Positions 1-7,566 of a stretch of DNA of 32,000 bases are shown piece by piece; position 1 is the stretch's first letter, and every line of letters begins with the position of its first letter. The translations under genes and the position numbers were made by a program. The stretch spans positions 450,001-482,000 of the forward strand of contig JBJLBP010000001.1 in the NCBI GenBank assembly GCA_045568075.1, read 5' to 3'. The notes under the pieces were generated by a model that saw only the letters and a list, made by a program, of their open reading frames with translations, made no database searches and was not told where the DNA came from. This DNA is from Candidatus Thalassarchaeaceae archaeon. GTDB taxonomy: Archaea > Thermoplasmatota > Poseidoniia > Poseidoniales > Thalassarchaeaceae.

Positions 1-658
1 CTGCGGGACAGACCTCGGTGCAACACTTCGTGATATTACAGTAGCCAAGGCCGAAATCCTCCTTGATTTCGGGAATGCGACTCTTGGTGTCGAGAGGGTG
101 CATCTCTAGTCCGGCCAAGCGTACGAAGAAGCGTGGTCCTGCGAATTCGTCGAATTTCTGGTGTTCGCGAAGAACGTGGCAGGTATTGACGCAAAGCATG
201 CACTCTATGCAAGCGCGGAATTCTTGGATTCGATCGGCCTCTTCTTGCTTGAACTCCCAATCGAACTCTTTGGGTCCACTAATCGGGACCATTTTCTTGT
301 TCATCTCAAAAGCCCATGACAAATCGGTCACGAGATCCTTGGTGATTGGGAAAGCCTGCATTGGCTTGACCGTGACCGGCTGACCATCAGGAGTCTCCTC
401 CATGATATCCTCCATTCGAGTCATGCACATCAGGCGCGGCATACCGTTTACTTCAGCACTGCATGAACCGCACTTGCCAGCCTTGCAATTCCAGCGACAG
501 GCAAGGTCGGGTGCGTGCTCGGATTGAATACGGTGGATAACATCGAGAACGACCATGCCTTCATCCATCTCGACGGTGTAATCGACCATCTTACCCATGG
601 CATCTCCATCACCGTCACCGACGCCGCGGAAGACTCGGAAAGTGACATCTTCGCTCAT
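1..658 (-). CDS. sdhB: Succinate dehydrogenase/fumarate reductase iron-sulfur subunit (3' end runs off the left edge)
   Basis: Absent from the ORF track because there is no stop codon inside the window. My minus-strand translation from ATG 658-656 reads MSEDVTFRVFRGVGDGDGDAMGKMVDYTVEMDEGMVVLDVIHRIQSEHAPDLACRWNCKAGKCGSCSAEVNG...RACIECMLCVNTCHV...GYCNITKCCTEVCPA. These are the 2Fe-2S and 4Fe-4S/3Fe-4S cysteine clusters of SdhB/FrdB. GAGGAGGG lies about 6 nt upstream of the ATG, and the start is 2 nt after the sdhA stop. Confidence 0.9.
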   Translation of the reverse strand, partial: MSEDVTFRVFRGVGDGDGDAMGKMVDYTVEMDEGMVVLDVIHRIQSEHAPDLACRWNCKAGKCGSCSAEVNGMPRLMCMTRMEDIMEETPDGQPVTVKPMQAFPITKDLVTDLSWAFEMNKKMVPISGPKEFDWEFKQEEADRIQEFRACIECMLCVNTCHVLREHQKFDEFAGPRFFVRLAGLEMHPLDTKSRIPEIKEDFGLGYCNITKCCTEVCPA

Positions 659-660
659 TT

Positions 661-2508
661 TCAGCCCTCCTCGTGTAGGTCCTCAGCATCTAGAAGTGCT
701 TTGAGTTCATCATCTATCGGGGGGTAGGTTCGGTGTTCGATGCTCATCGAGCCATCTGCTTCTTGCACGATTACGCTGTTGATCTTGCCCCAGTGTTTGT
801 GATCTGGAACTGGGAAGTCATCGCGTGTGTGTCCACCACGTGACTCTTCTCGCTGAAGTGCGGCTAGCGCACACATGCGCGAGACATCCAGCATGGCGCT
901 CAACTCGAGTGCTTGATGCCAACCGGGATTGTAGATTCTCGAACCTCCGGGGCTGGTCAAATCTGCGCGAGCCTCAAGTTCTTCAAGGTCTGAAAGCGCT
1001 TCTTCAAGCAAACTTCCGTTTCGAATGATCCCGACCTTTTCTTGCATCATCTCACGTAAATCCTCGACAACCTTAGCTGGATTTTCCCCACCTTCTCGAT
1101 CGAAAGGAGCCAACGTTTCGGCGATGACCTCAGCGATTTCAGCCTCATCGACATCGGCGAAGCCGTCGGACTCAGTCGCCCGCTGCGCCGCACTCTCTCC
1201 AGCAATCTTACCGAAGACAAGCAAATCGGTCAGTGAGTTGCCACCCAAACGGTTGGCTCCGTGCAGACCAGTTGCTGCTTCACCGGCAGCATAGAGGCCC
1301 TGAATAGTCGATTCCTGAGACTCTGGGTCGACCTTGACTCCACCCATGACATAGTGAGCGGTCGGCCCAACTTCCATCGGTGTCTTGGTGATATCAACGG
1401 CAGCCAATTCTTTGAATTGATGATACATTCCTGGTAGTTTCTTCTTGACTTCTTCAGCAGACCGCCACGAAATATCGAGGTAAGCCCCACCGTGTTCACT
1501 TGCACGTCCTGCCTCACGCTCGGAATTGATTGCCTTCGCAACCACGTCACGAGTTAGTAGTTCAGGCGGGCGTCTCTTCGTGGCCAACTTGCCAGAGATG
1601 ACTTCGTCAACCCACTCGAGAGCTTCTTTCTCGGTATCGGCGAACTCGTCCTTGTACATGTCAGGGATGTAATCGAACATGAAACGCTCACCCTCAGAAT
1701 TGGTCAGCATGCCACCTTCACCTCGAACGCCCTCAGTAACGAGAATCCCCTTGACACTCGGTGGCCAAATCATGCCTGTCGGATGGAATTGAACGAATTC
1801 CATATCACCCAATTCAGCCCCTGCCCAGTAAGCGAGGGCATGACCCTCTCCGGTGTATTCCCAAGAGCCGGAGCAGACCGCCCAGCAACGGGTGATTCCC
1901 CCAGTCGCGAGGACGATTGACTTGGCTTTGAAGAGGTGTAGAGAACCATCGTTACGGTCGTAGGCGAAGCAACCGACAACAACGCCATCTTTGGTGAATA
2001 GTCGTCGAACCGTGAATTCCATGAAGACGTCCATTCCCATGTGGACTCCCTTCTCTTGCAGAGTTCGAATCAGCTCGAGGCCGGTAGCGTCTCCAATGTG
2101 AGCGAGCCTTGGATAGGTGTGACCGCCGAAGTTTCGTTGACTCGTCAGACCTTCAGGTGTCCTATCAAAAACCGCGCCCCAGGTCTCCAACTCACGGATT
2201 CTGTCAGGTGCCTGTTCCGCGTGAATCCTCGCCATTCGCCAATCACTCAGGTACTTCCCGCCCTTCATTGTGTCACGGAAGTGAATTTGCCAATTATCGC
2301 GAGGATCTTTGTTGCCAAGAGCGGCAGCGGCCCCACCTTCTGCCATTACAGTGTGGGCCTTACCCAACATCGACTTGCAGACGAGCGCCACGCTGACACC
2401 CTCCTGACTAGCAGATATCGCGGCGCGAAGTCCGGCGCCGCCGGCGCCGATTACGACCACATCGTGCTCGTGAGTGGTGTAATTGTCATCGGTCAAATCG
2501 TAGCGCAT
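661..2508 (-). CDS. sdhA: Succinate dehydrogenase/fumarate reductase flavoprotein subunit
   Basis: 615-aa ORF. It has an N-terminal FAD-binding fold ([14 protein letters not shown]), the covalent-FAD histidine context [10 protein letters not shown] and a C-terminal [15 protein letters not shown] (minus strand, 2516-2520) lies 7 nt upstream of the ATG. Confidence 0.95.
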   Translation of the reverse strand: MRYDLTDDNYTTHEHDVVVIGAGGAGLRAAISASQEGVSVALVCKSMLGKAHTVMAEGGAAAALGNKDPRDNWQIHFRDTMKGGKYLSDWRMARIHAEQAPDRIRELETWGAVFDRTPEGLTSQRNFGGHTYPRLAHIGDATGLELIRTLQEKGVHMGMDVFMEFTVRRLFTKDGVVVGCFAYDRNDGSLHLFKAKSIVLATGGITRCWAVCSGSWEYTGEGHALAYWAGAELGDMEFVQFHPTGMIWPPSVKGILVTEGVRGEGGMLTNSEGERFMFDYIPDMYKDEFADTEKEALEWVDEVISGKLATKRRPPELLTRDVVAKAINSEREAGRASEHGGAYLDISWRSAEEVKKKLPGMYHQFKELAAVDITKTPMEVGPTAHYVMGGVKVDPESQESTIQGLYAAGEAATGLHGANRLGGNSLTDLLVFGKIAGESAAQRATESDGFADVDEAEIAEVIAETLAPFDREGGENPAKVVEDLREMMQEKVGIIRNGSLLEEALSDLEELEARADLTSPGGSRIYNPGWHQALELSAMLDVSRMCALAALQREESRGGHTRDDFPVPDHKHWGKINSVIVQEADGSMSIEHRTYPPIDDELKALLDAEDLHEEG

Positions 2509-3381
2509 TCACAATCCTCCCCACAGAATAATGTCACTTAGACCGAAAAATGGATCAGTGCAAGCATAGATGTAGAAGTCAGAAAACATAACCCAAAACA
2601 GAGAGTAGAGTGCCCATTCCTTATGCTGCTCGTTTAGTTTTGTAGATAATTTCCAGAGTTTGTATTTCATTCTGTTAATTGGGGTTGCAGTCCAGTTATT
2701 TGCTGCCCCTCCAATTACATGCCTGAAAGCGTGGCAGCCGAAGGTGTAACCAGTCAGCATAATTACGTTGATGAGAAGAACTAGGCTGCCTATTGTGACA
2801 CCGTAAGCATGCGTGTCTCCCTCATGAAAATTGACCGACATCCAGACGTCAAAGGAAAGGAGAGGTAGGTAGGCTAGCATCACATACATGAAGTATCGAT
2901 GCAAATTCTGAACAAGCAAAATTCCAGTCTCTCCAGAATACTCATCCCAAGGCTTCGACACTGCGCAACCGGTTGGTTGAGCCATGAAAGCGCGATAGTA
3001 GGCTTTACGATAATAGTAGCAAGTTGCTCGAAAGCCTGCAGGGAAAATTAGAATGAACATTGCTGGACTTAACCATTGCAATTGTTGAGGCACCCAAGAT
3101 TGCTCACCGGGGACGATAAGAGGCGAATATAGTGGGCTTAGTACGTGCGATCCAGTATCTTCAATTGCCATAGTTCCAGCACCATGACCGGCACCCGCTG
3201 ACAACCCAAAATCGGAGAAGATCCAGAAGTCGGCCTCCATGAATCCGCGCCACGTTGCATAGAGGATCATGATACCCAGATATGCGGACATTGCGGCGGG
3301 GCCTTTCCACCATTGGTCGACACGGTCGGTCGCTCCGAATCCCTTCTTCATAGGGAGTGGGAAGGTGATGCCCTTACTCAT
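2509..3381 (-). CDS. sdhC: Putative membrane anchor/cytochrome b subunit of succinate dehydrogenase (single large b558-like subunit)
   Basis: 290-aa multi-helix hydrophobic protein whose stop abuts the sdhA start. It has several intramembrane His residues (LHRYF, CHAFRHVIGG). The motif CYYYRKAYYR matches, from memory, single-subunit Sdh anchors of the actinobacterial/Bacteroidetes type. AAGGTG lies upstream of the ATG. Confidence 0.65.
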   Translation of the reverse strand: MSKGITFPLPMKKGFGATDRVDQWWKGPAAMSAYLGIMILYATWRGFMEADFWIFSDFGLSAGAGHGAGTMAIEDTGSHVLSPLYSPLIVPGEQSWVPQQLQWLSPAMFILIFPAGFRATCYYYRKAYYRAFMAQPTGCAVSKPWDEYSGETGILLVQNLHRYFMYVMLAYLPLLSFDVWMSVNFHEGDTHAYGVTIGSLVLLINVIMLTGYTFGCHAFRHVIGGAANNWTATPINRMKYKLWKLSTKLNEQHKEWALYSLFWVMFSDFYIYACTDPFFGLSDIILWGGL

Positions 3382-3420
3382 CCTTACACCTTACGTGCAA
3401 AGCGAGTTGCCTATCCTCCA

Positions 3421-3434
3421 TAAGCAATTGCTTA
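3421..3434. promoter_or_regulatory. Perfect 14-bp palindrome TAAGCAATTGCTTA, candidate operator in a divergent promoter region
   Basis: The sequence reads identically on both strands. It lies about 40 bp upstream of the sdhC ATG, inside the 335-bp gap between divergent operons. The palindrome is a fact of the sequence; its function is inferred. Confidence 0.3.
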
Positions 3435-3716
3435 CGACCTGTTCAACCACCTGACCACAGGTCCCCTCAGGGGCCTAACTCTCGTTATCCGGAAGTAGGT
3501 TCAAGGCAGTCGGCTCCGCTCACTAATTGATTGTGATGAGTGTGTTCGGCGGAGACATCGAGACGAGCATCTGTTCCAATTGTGGACATATGCCAGGAGC
3601 TTGGTTACCAGGACTCCCTTGCACAGTGTGTGGAGAGCCATACTTGTGATTGTGAAATTGTTGTCCCAACCATAATCAACTGTATTTACTCCTCCAGTAG
3701 TATGGAAGGAGCCTCC

Positions 3717-4502
3717 ATGTTCAAAATGCCAACAATCGACCTCTCAGCGAAATCGCTACTGATGTTTTCTCAGTTAGGATTTTTTGTTTGTTTCACTTAC
3801 TGGTTTAGTCAAGGAGCAGAAAGCAATAGCGACTACTTATTTCCGGCGCTGTTCGCGATTTCCGGTTTAGCCCTCTTCCTTTCAGTCCCAAACGCGAGGA
3901 TGGGAGTAACCTTAGGAGTTCCAGCGTTTATGATCGTAATGGGATTGGCTACGGGTGAGAATGAAATGATGTTCTGGGCAGTTTTCATGTTGCTCATGTT
4001 TGGGCCAGTTGCCTACATGCCAGCATTGGCATCCGGCGATTCGACATTGGGTCTAGAAGATGGTGATAGAACGATGAGACTAGGCATTGTTTGGCTGGCT
4101 TTCACTCTGTTAATGGTGTTCATGATGTCTTCTCTTGTTCAGGCAGCTCAGGATGGCGAATGGACAGAAGAAGATTTTGATGAGTCCGAATATACCATGT
4201 CAATAGACTCTACCGAGCAGACAATCGCACAGGTCGGACTGGGATTGGCAGTAATTGGGATTCTGGTGTTCCTACTGACGGCCTTAGTAGGCATGGAGTT
4301 AGGGCCAATGCTGCCCTGGCACGGTGGTGCGATGACAGCGGGTGCTTTACTGATTGGACAGTATCTTTGGTTAGTAGCAGATGGGGGACCAGACTACAAC
4401 TTAGCAGCAGAAGTGATATTCATTCTTTCTCTTGTCGGCTTGATAGCCCTGCCTCCTTGTATTGCATACGGGAGTTCCGATGATACCACGGAGAGTGAAT
4501 GA
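3717..4502 (+). CDS. Polytopic (about 8 TM) membrane protein of unknown family, paralog A
   Basis: This is track ORF 3540..4502 with a trimmed start. AAGGAG (3706-3711) lies 5 nt upstream of ATG 3717; ATG 3702 is also possible. The 3540-3701 extension has no counterpart in the paralog. Motifs shared with 4499..5314 are MPxxD, QxGFF, GExEM, DDFD, GLAxxGxLxFL, PWHG and a C-terminal ESE. Confidence 0.7.
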   Translation: MFKMPTIDLSAKSLLMFSQLGFFVCFTYWFSQGAESNSDYLFPALFAISGLALFLSVPNARMGVTLGVPAFMIVMGLATGENEMMFWAVFMLLMFGPVAYMPALASGDSTLGLEDGDRTMRLGIVWLAFTLLMVFMMSSLVQAAQDGEWTEEDFDESEYTMSIDSTEQTIAQVGLGLAVIGILVFLLTALVGMELGPMLPWHGGAMTAGALLIGQYLWLVADGGPDYNLAAEVIFILSLVGLIALPPCIAYGSSDDTTESE

Positions 4503-5314
4503 ATATGAGTGACGATGCCCCTTACCAAATGCCACCAACCGACACATCCCGATTTTCATTGGTGATGTGGGCCCAATTCGGGTTTTTCCTCTTGATAGCA
4601 TACGAAATGAACTCAAATTTTGAAGGGACGATGGGTGCAGAGGAATTTGTATTCCTCGGCGCCGTTCTCGTTACAGGATTGCTTCAACTGTTGAGAGTGA
4701 ATAACCGCAGGATGATTGGTATGCTTCTGATGATAGTAGGCCCAACAATATCTTGGGGTGTACTTGGTGGCGAGATGGAGATGGTCATATTTGGCCTCAT
4801 ATTTTTCATTCTGCCATTTTTCGGGATGGTTATTTTCATCCCTGCTCTCGGATTTGATGAGCATGGAATGGAACTATCACGCGAGAGGAGAAAACTCATT
4901 CTCGTACTTGTGATGTCCTTATGCATGATTTTCTTTACTGTGATGGAAAACATGGCTTTAGCAACCACTGACGATGGAACATACGAAGTCGACGACTTTG
5001 ATGCAACCACCACCTACGACATCGATGATCAGAATGTAAATCTTGCAAAGGCATCTATTGGATTGGCAATTACGGGAGTCCTCATATTCCTTGCAACCAC
5101 ATTAGGCGGCATGGCTCTGGGTGGACTCAGGCCATGGCATGGTGTCGCTATAGCTGCGAGCGCAGCGTGGCTAGACGGATACAATTGGTCTGATTTCGGT
5201 ATGGACCCACTATGGTTGAGTTGCCTGTGGGCCCTGATGATTACCGTGATGTACGTGCTCACAGCTTGTGAATTCTTTGAGAAGGGCGAAGAGGCCACAA
5301 TGGAGAGTGAGTAA
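4499..5314 (+). CDS. Polytopic membrane protein of unknown family, paralog B
   Basis: 271-aa hydrophobic ORF. An ATGA start/stop overlap with the upstream gene suggests translational coupling, and GGAGAGTGA (4490-4498) acts as the SD. It aligns by eye with paralog A along its whole length. Confidence 0.75.
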   Translation: MNMSDDAPYQMPPTDTSRFSLVMWAQFGFFLLIAYEMNSNFEGTMGAEEFVFLGAVLVTGLLQLLRVNNRRMIGMLLMIVGPTISWGVLGGEMEMVIFGLIFFILPFFGMVIFIPALGFDEHGMELSRERRKLILVLVMSLCMIFFTVMENMALATTDDGTYEVDDFDATTTYDIDDQNVNLAKASIGLAITGVLIFLATTLGGMALGGLRPWHGVAIAASAAWLDGYNWSDFGMDPLWLSCLWALMITVMYVLTACEFFEKGEEATMESE

Positions 5315-5722
5315 ATGGACGGAATAAAACGATTCATGCAACCAAAGTGGTGGTTGACAGGTGTGGGTGCCTTTTTCACACTCATGTGTCTGTTGAATTA
5401 CACTGAAATCATCAACGCAGCGGAACAGGGATGGGGTGCTGATTACACAGCTACCGACACCTTCTACGAGAAATCGTGGGCTGCTACCTACCTCATCATC
5501 GCGATTATTTCTGTAGTTTCTGGCCAGTTTGTTGAAGGGAGGCCTCAGGCGATTCTAGCGATGACGATTGGAGCGGGCAACATCCTCAATTTCATACTGG
5601 TTTACCTTGCAGCTGGTGATTTGGGTTATGGCTTCACGGGGGATCTTACTCTTGCGGCACCACCTATGGTAATGGCGGCTGGTCTTCTCTTGTCGGGATA
5701 TCTTCACTTAGATGACGAATAA
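5315..5722 (+). CDS. Small (about 4 TM) membrane protein, unknown family
   Basis: 135-aa hydrophobic ORF that starts directly after the paralog B stop. GGAGAGTGA (5302-5310) lies upstream of the ATG. Confidence 0.6.
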   Translation: MDGIKRFMQPKWWLTGVGAFFTLMCLLNYTEIINAAEQGWGADYTATDTFYEKSWAATYLIIAIISVVSGQFVEGRPQAILAMTIGAGNILNFILVYLAAGDLGYGFTGDLTLAAPPMVMAAGLLLSGYLHLDDE

Positions 5723-5731
5723 GCAAGGAAT

Positions 5732-7360
5732 TCAAGCAAGGCCGGCGTAGTCGGCATCGGCTTCTTCCAGCTCGATTTCTTCGACGTCCATCTGAGCTAA
5801 TTGCAACTTTCCAGAGAGTTCGTCGTTAACAGCGTGCCAGTAGGAATAAGCCTCAATGACCCAGATTCCAGACTCGCGCGTGCCGTTCCCGCTGCCCTTC
5901 ACTCCACCGAACGGCAGGTGTGCCTCGGCTCCAGTGGTTGAGTTGTTGATGCCAGTCATCCCAGCCTTGATTCCGGTCTTGTAGCGGTAAGCCTCGAGAC
6001 GGTCGTTGGTGTAAATCGCTGATGATAGACCATACGGACTTGCGTTTGCGAGGTGAAGCGCGTGGTCGAAATCCCTAGCCTTGACGATTGTGACGACCGG
6101 CCCGAAAATCTCCTCTTGGAAGCAATCCATGTCCTCGGTGACATCAGCATATACGTGAGGCCACATGTATACGCCCTCACTAGCATCGCCTTGGAAGTTC
6201 TCAGGCTTGTTGTCGTTGGTAATGCGCCCTTTGCCCCAAAGTTTCGTGGCTCCGCTAGCATCGCACATCTCGATTCCCTTGAGGAAATCTGTGGAGTATT
6301 TTTCCGACAGCATGGATCCATAGAGGACTCCATCATGACGCATTGAGTCTCCGACCGCTGTCGCCTTCACCTTGGCCATCAGGCGCTCAACGAATTCGTC
6401 GTAGATGTCCTCGTGGATGATGAGATTGCCAAGGCTAGTACAGCGCTGGCCGGCTGTTCCGAAGCCGGCCCAATAGGCTCCCTCTACTGCGTTTTCGAGG
6501 TTCGCGGATGGCATTATGACGAGTGGGTTCTTGCCGCCGAGTTCGAGTGATGCGCTGACTAGGTTACGCCCGCAAATCTCGCCGATCATCTTTCCGACTG
6601 GGGTGCTGCCAGTGAATGAGATCTTGTTGACCATGCCGAGGTCGACTGCGTCGACAAGGTCCTGGCCTGCGCCGCTGCCCTTACCGTGGATGAGGTTGAT
6701 GACGCCGTCAGGGAGTCCTGCCTCGTGCATTAGTCGGGTCAGGGCGAATGATAGGAGTGGAGCGTCTTGTGGTGACTTCCACACGCAGGTATTGCCGCAC
6801 ATAATTGCTGGAATCATCTTCCAGAATGGAACTGCTGATGGGAAATTACAGGCGTTGATGATTCCGCATACGCCGAGTGGGCGGCGGTAGGTGAAAAGTT
6901 CCTTGTCGGGCAATTCGGAGTTGACCGTCTGCCCGTAGAGTCGACGGCCTTCGGATTGGAAGAATAAGCAGGTATCAATCGCTTCTTGGACTTCGCCACC
7001 GCACTCTTTCAGAGTCTTACCAATTTCACGTGCTTGTAGCCGTACAATGTCGTCCTTGTGATCCATCAGGAGTCGACCCATGTTGCCAATCACTTGGCCA
7101 CGGGTCGGTGCTGGAGTCGCCGCCCAGCCAGGGAAGGCTGCGCGAGCGGCTGCGAGCGCATCGTGAACATCAGATTTCGTCGAGAGCGGAAATTCTCCCA
7201 GGCAGTCGTCGAGCCATGCTGGGTTGTGGCTGGTGAATGTGGCGCCGTCACTAGCGAGAGTGAGTTCTCCGTTGATGATATTGTATCCGCGCACGGAAGG
7301 TGATCCGTTCGGGTTGTTCGCTTCCATCTCTTCGAAACCGGTCTCGAGAACGTGAGTCAT
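5732..7360 (-). CDS. NAD(P)-dependent aldehyde dehydrogenase family protein
   Basis: Carries ALDH signatures: FTGSTPVGKMI, LELGGKNP (catalytic Glu) and GQRCTS (catalytic Cys), plus the N-terminal YNIINGE...FTSHNP. The track start (TTG 7378) is trimmed to the first ATG (7360). The start is uncertain because no clear SD is present. Confidence 0.9.
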   Translation of the reverse strand: MTHVLETGFEEMEANNPNGSPSVRGYNIINGELTLASDGATFTSHNPAWLDDCLGEFPLSTKSDVHDALAAARAAFPGWAATPAPTRGQVIGNMGRLLMDHKDDIVRLQAREIGKTLKECGGEVQEAIDTCLFFQSEGRRLYGQTVNSELPDKELFTYRRPLGVCGIINACNFPSAVPFWKMIPAIMCGNTCVWKSPQDAPLLSFALTRLMHEAGLPDGVINLIHGKGSGAGQDLVDAVDLGMVNKISFTGSTPVGKMIGEICGRNLVSASLELGGKNPLVIMPSANLENAVEGAYWAGFGTAGQRCTSLGNLIIHEDIYDEFVERLMAKVKATAVGDSMRHDGVLYGSMLSEKYSTDFLKGIEMCDASGATKLWGKGRITNDNKPENFQGDASEGVYMWPHVYADVTEDMDCFQEEIFGPVVTIVKARDFDHALHLANASPYGLSSAIYTNDRLEAYRYKTGIKAGMTGINNSTTGAEAHLPFGGVKGSGNGTRESGIWVIEAYSYWHAVNDELSGKLQLAQMDVEEIELEEADADYAGLA

Positions 7361-7555
7361 ATTGCGCGCGAATCGCAAACCTCTGATGAACTCACCGCAT
7401 AGGGAGTAAGAGTTGGTTGGTGCGAATATGACGATGTTTTGTTCAAGTCGTGCTTACGCGAGGTCGCATACGGCTATTCTGATAACCAGATTGGTCGATT
7501 CGACATGGTGTGATTGGTGGGTTTAACAACCCCCGTTGCTGACAAGAGGTTGCAA

Positions 7556-7560
7556 GGAGG
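7556..7560 (+). promoter_or_regulatory. Shine-Dalgarno GGAGG for cdc48
   Basis: GGAGG lies 6 nt upstream of ATG 7567. The same motif class recurs upstream of many starts in this window. Confidence 0.55.
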
Positions 7561-7566
7561 CCCGAT

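Noticed and set aside
515-727. 70-aa plus-strand ORF ending in ...IGG, which superficially resembles a ubiquitin-like SAMP diglycine tail
   Set aside because: It is antisense to the sdhA/sdhB junction and is Ser-rich and non-globular. No beta-grasp pattern is visible, and the GG ending is coincidental.
2041-2541. Long antisense or alternate-frame ORFs inside confident genes: 2041..2541, 7632..8126, 15058..15519, 21504..22001, 21868..22242, 28396..28869 and 31050..31457
   Set aside because: All lie within genes that have unambiguous family motifs on the other strand or frame. Their translations are Arg/Ser/Pro-rich low-complexity sequence, typical of shadow ORFs in G+C-biased or Ala/Glu-rich coding sequence.
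3540-3716. GTG-initiated, Cys-rich N-terminal extension of membrane paralog A
   Set aside because: The extension has no counterpart in paralog B and is not hydrophobic. A good AAGGAG SD precedes ATG 3717. I treat the region as leader/intergenic, although the 3540 start is not strictly excluded.
7428-7526. 32-codon ORF (MTMFCSSRAYARSHTAILITRLVDSTWCDWWV) in the ALDH-cdc48 intergenic region
   Set aside because: It has no SD and no recognisable features, and its size is compatible with chance. The region is more simply the divergent promoter/leader space.
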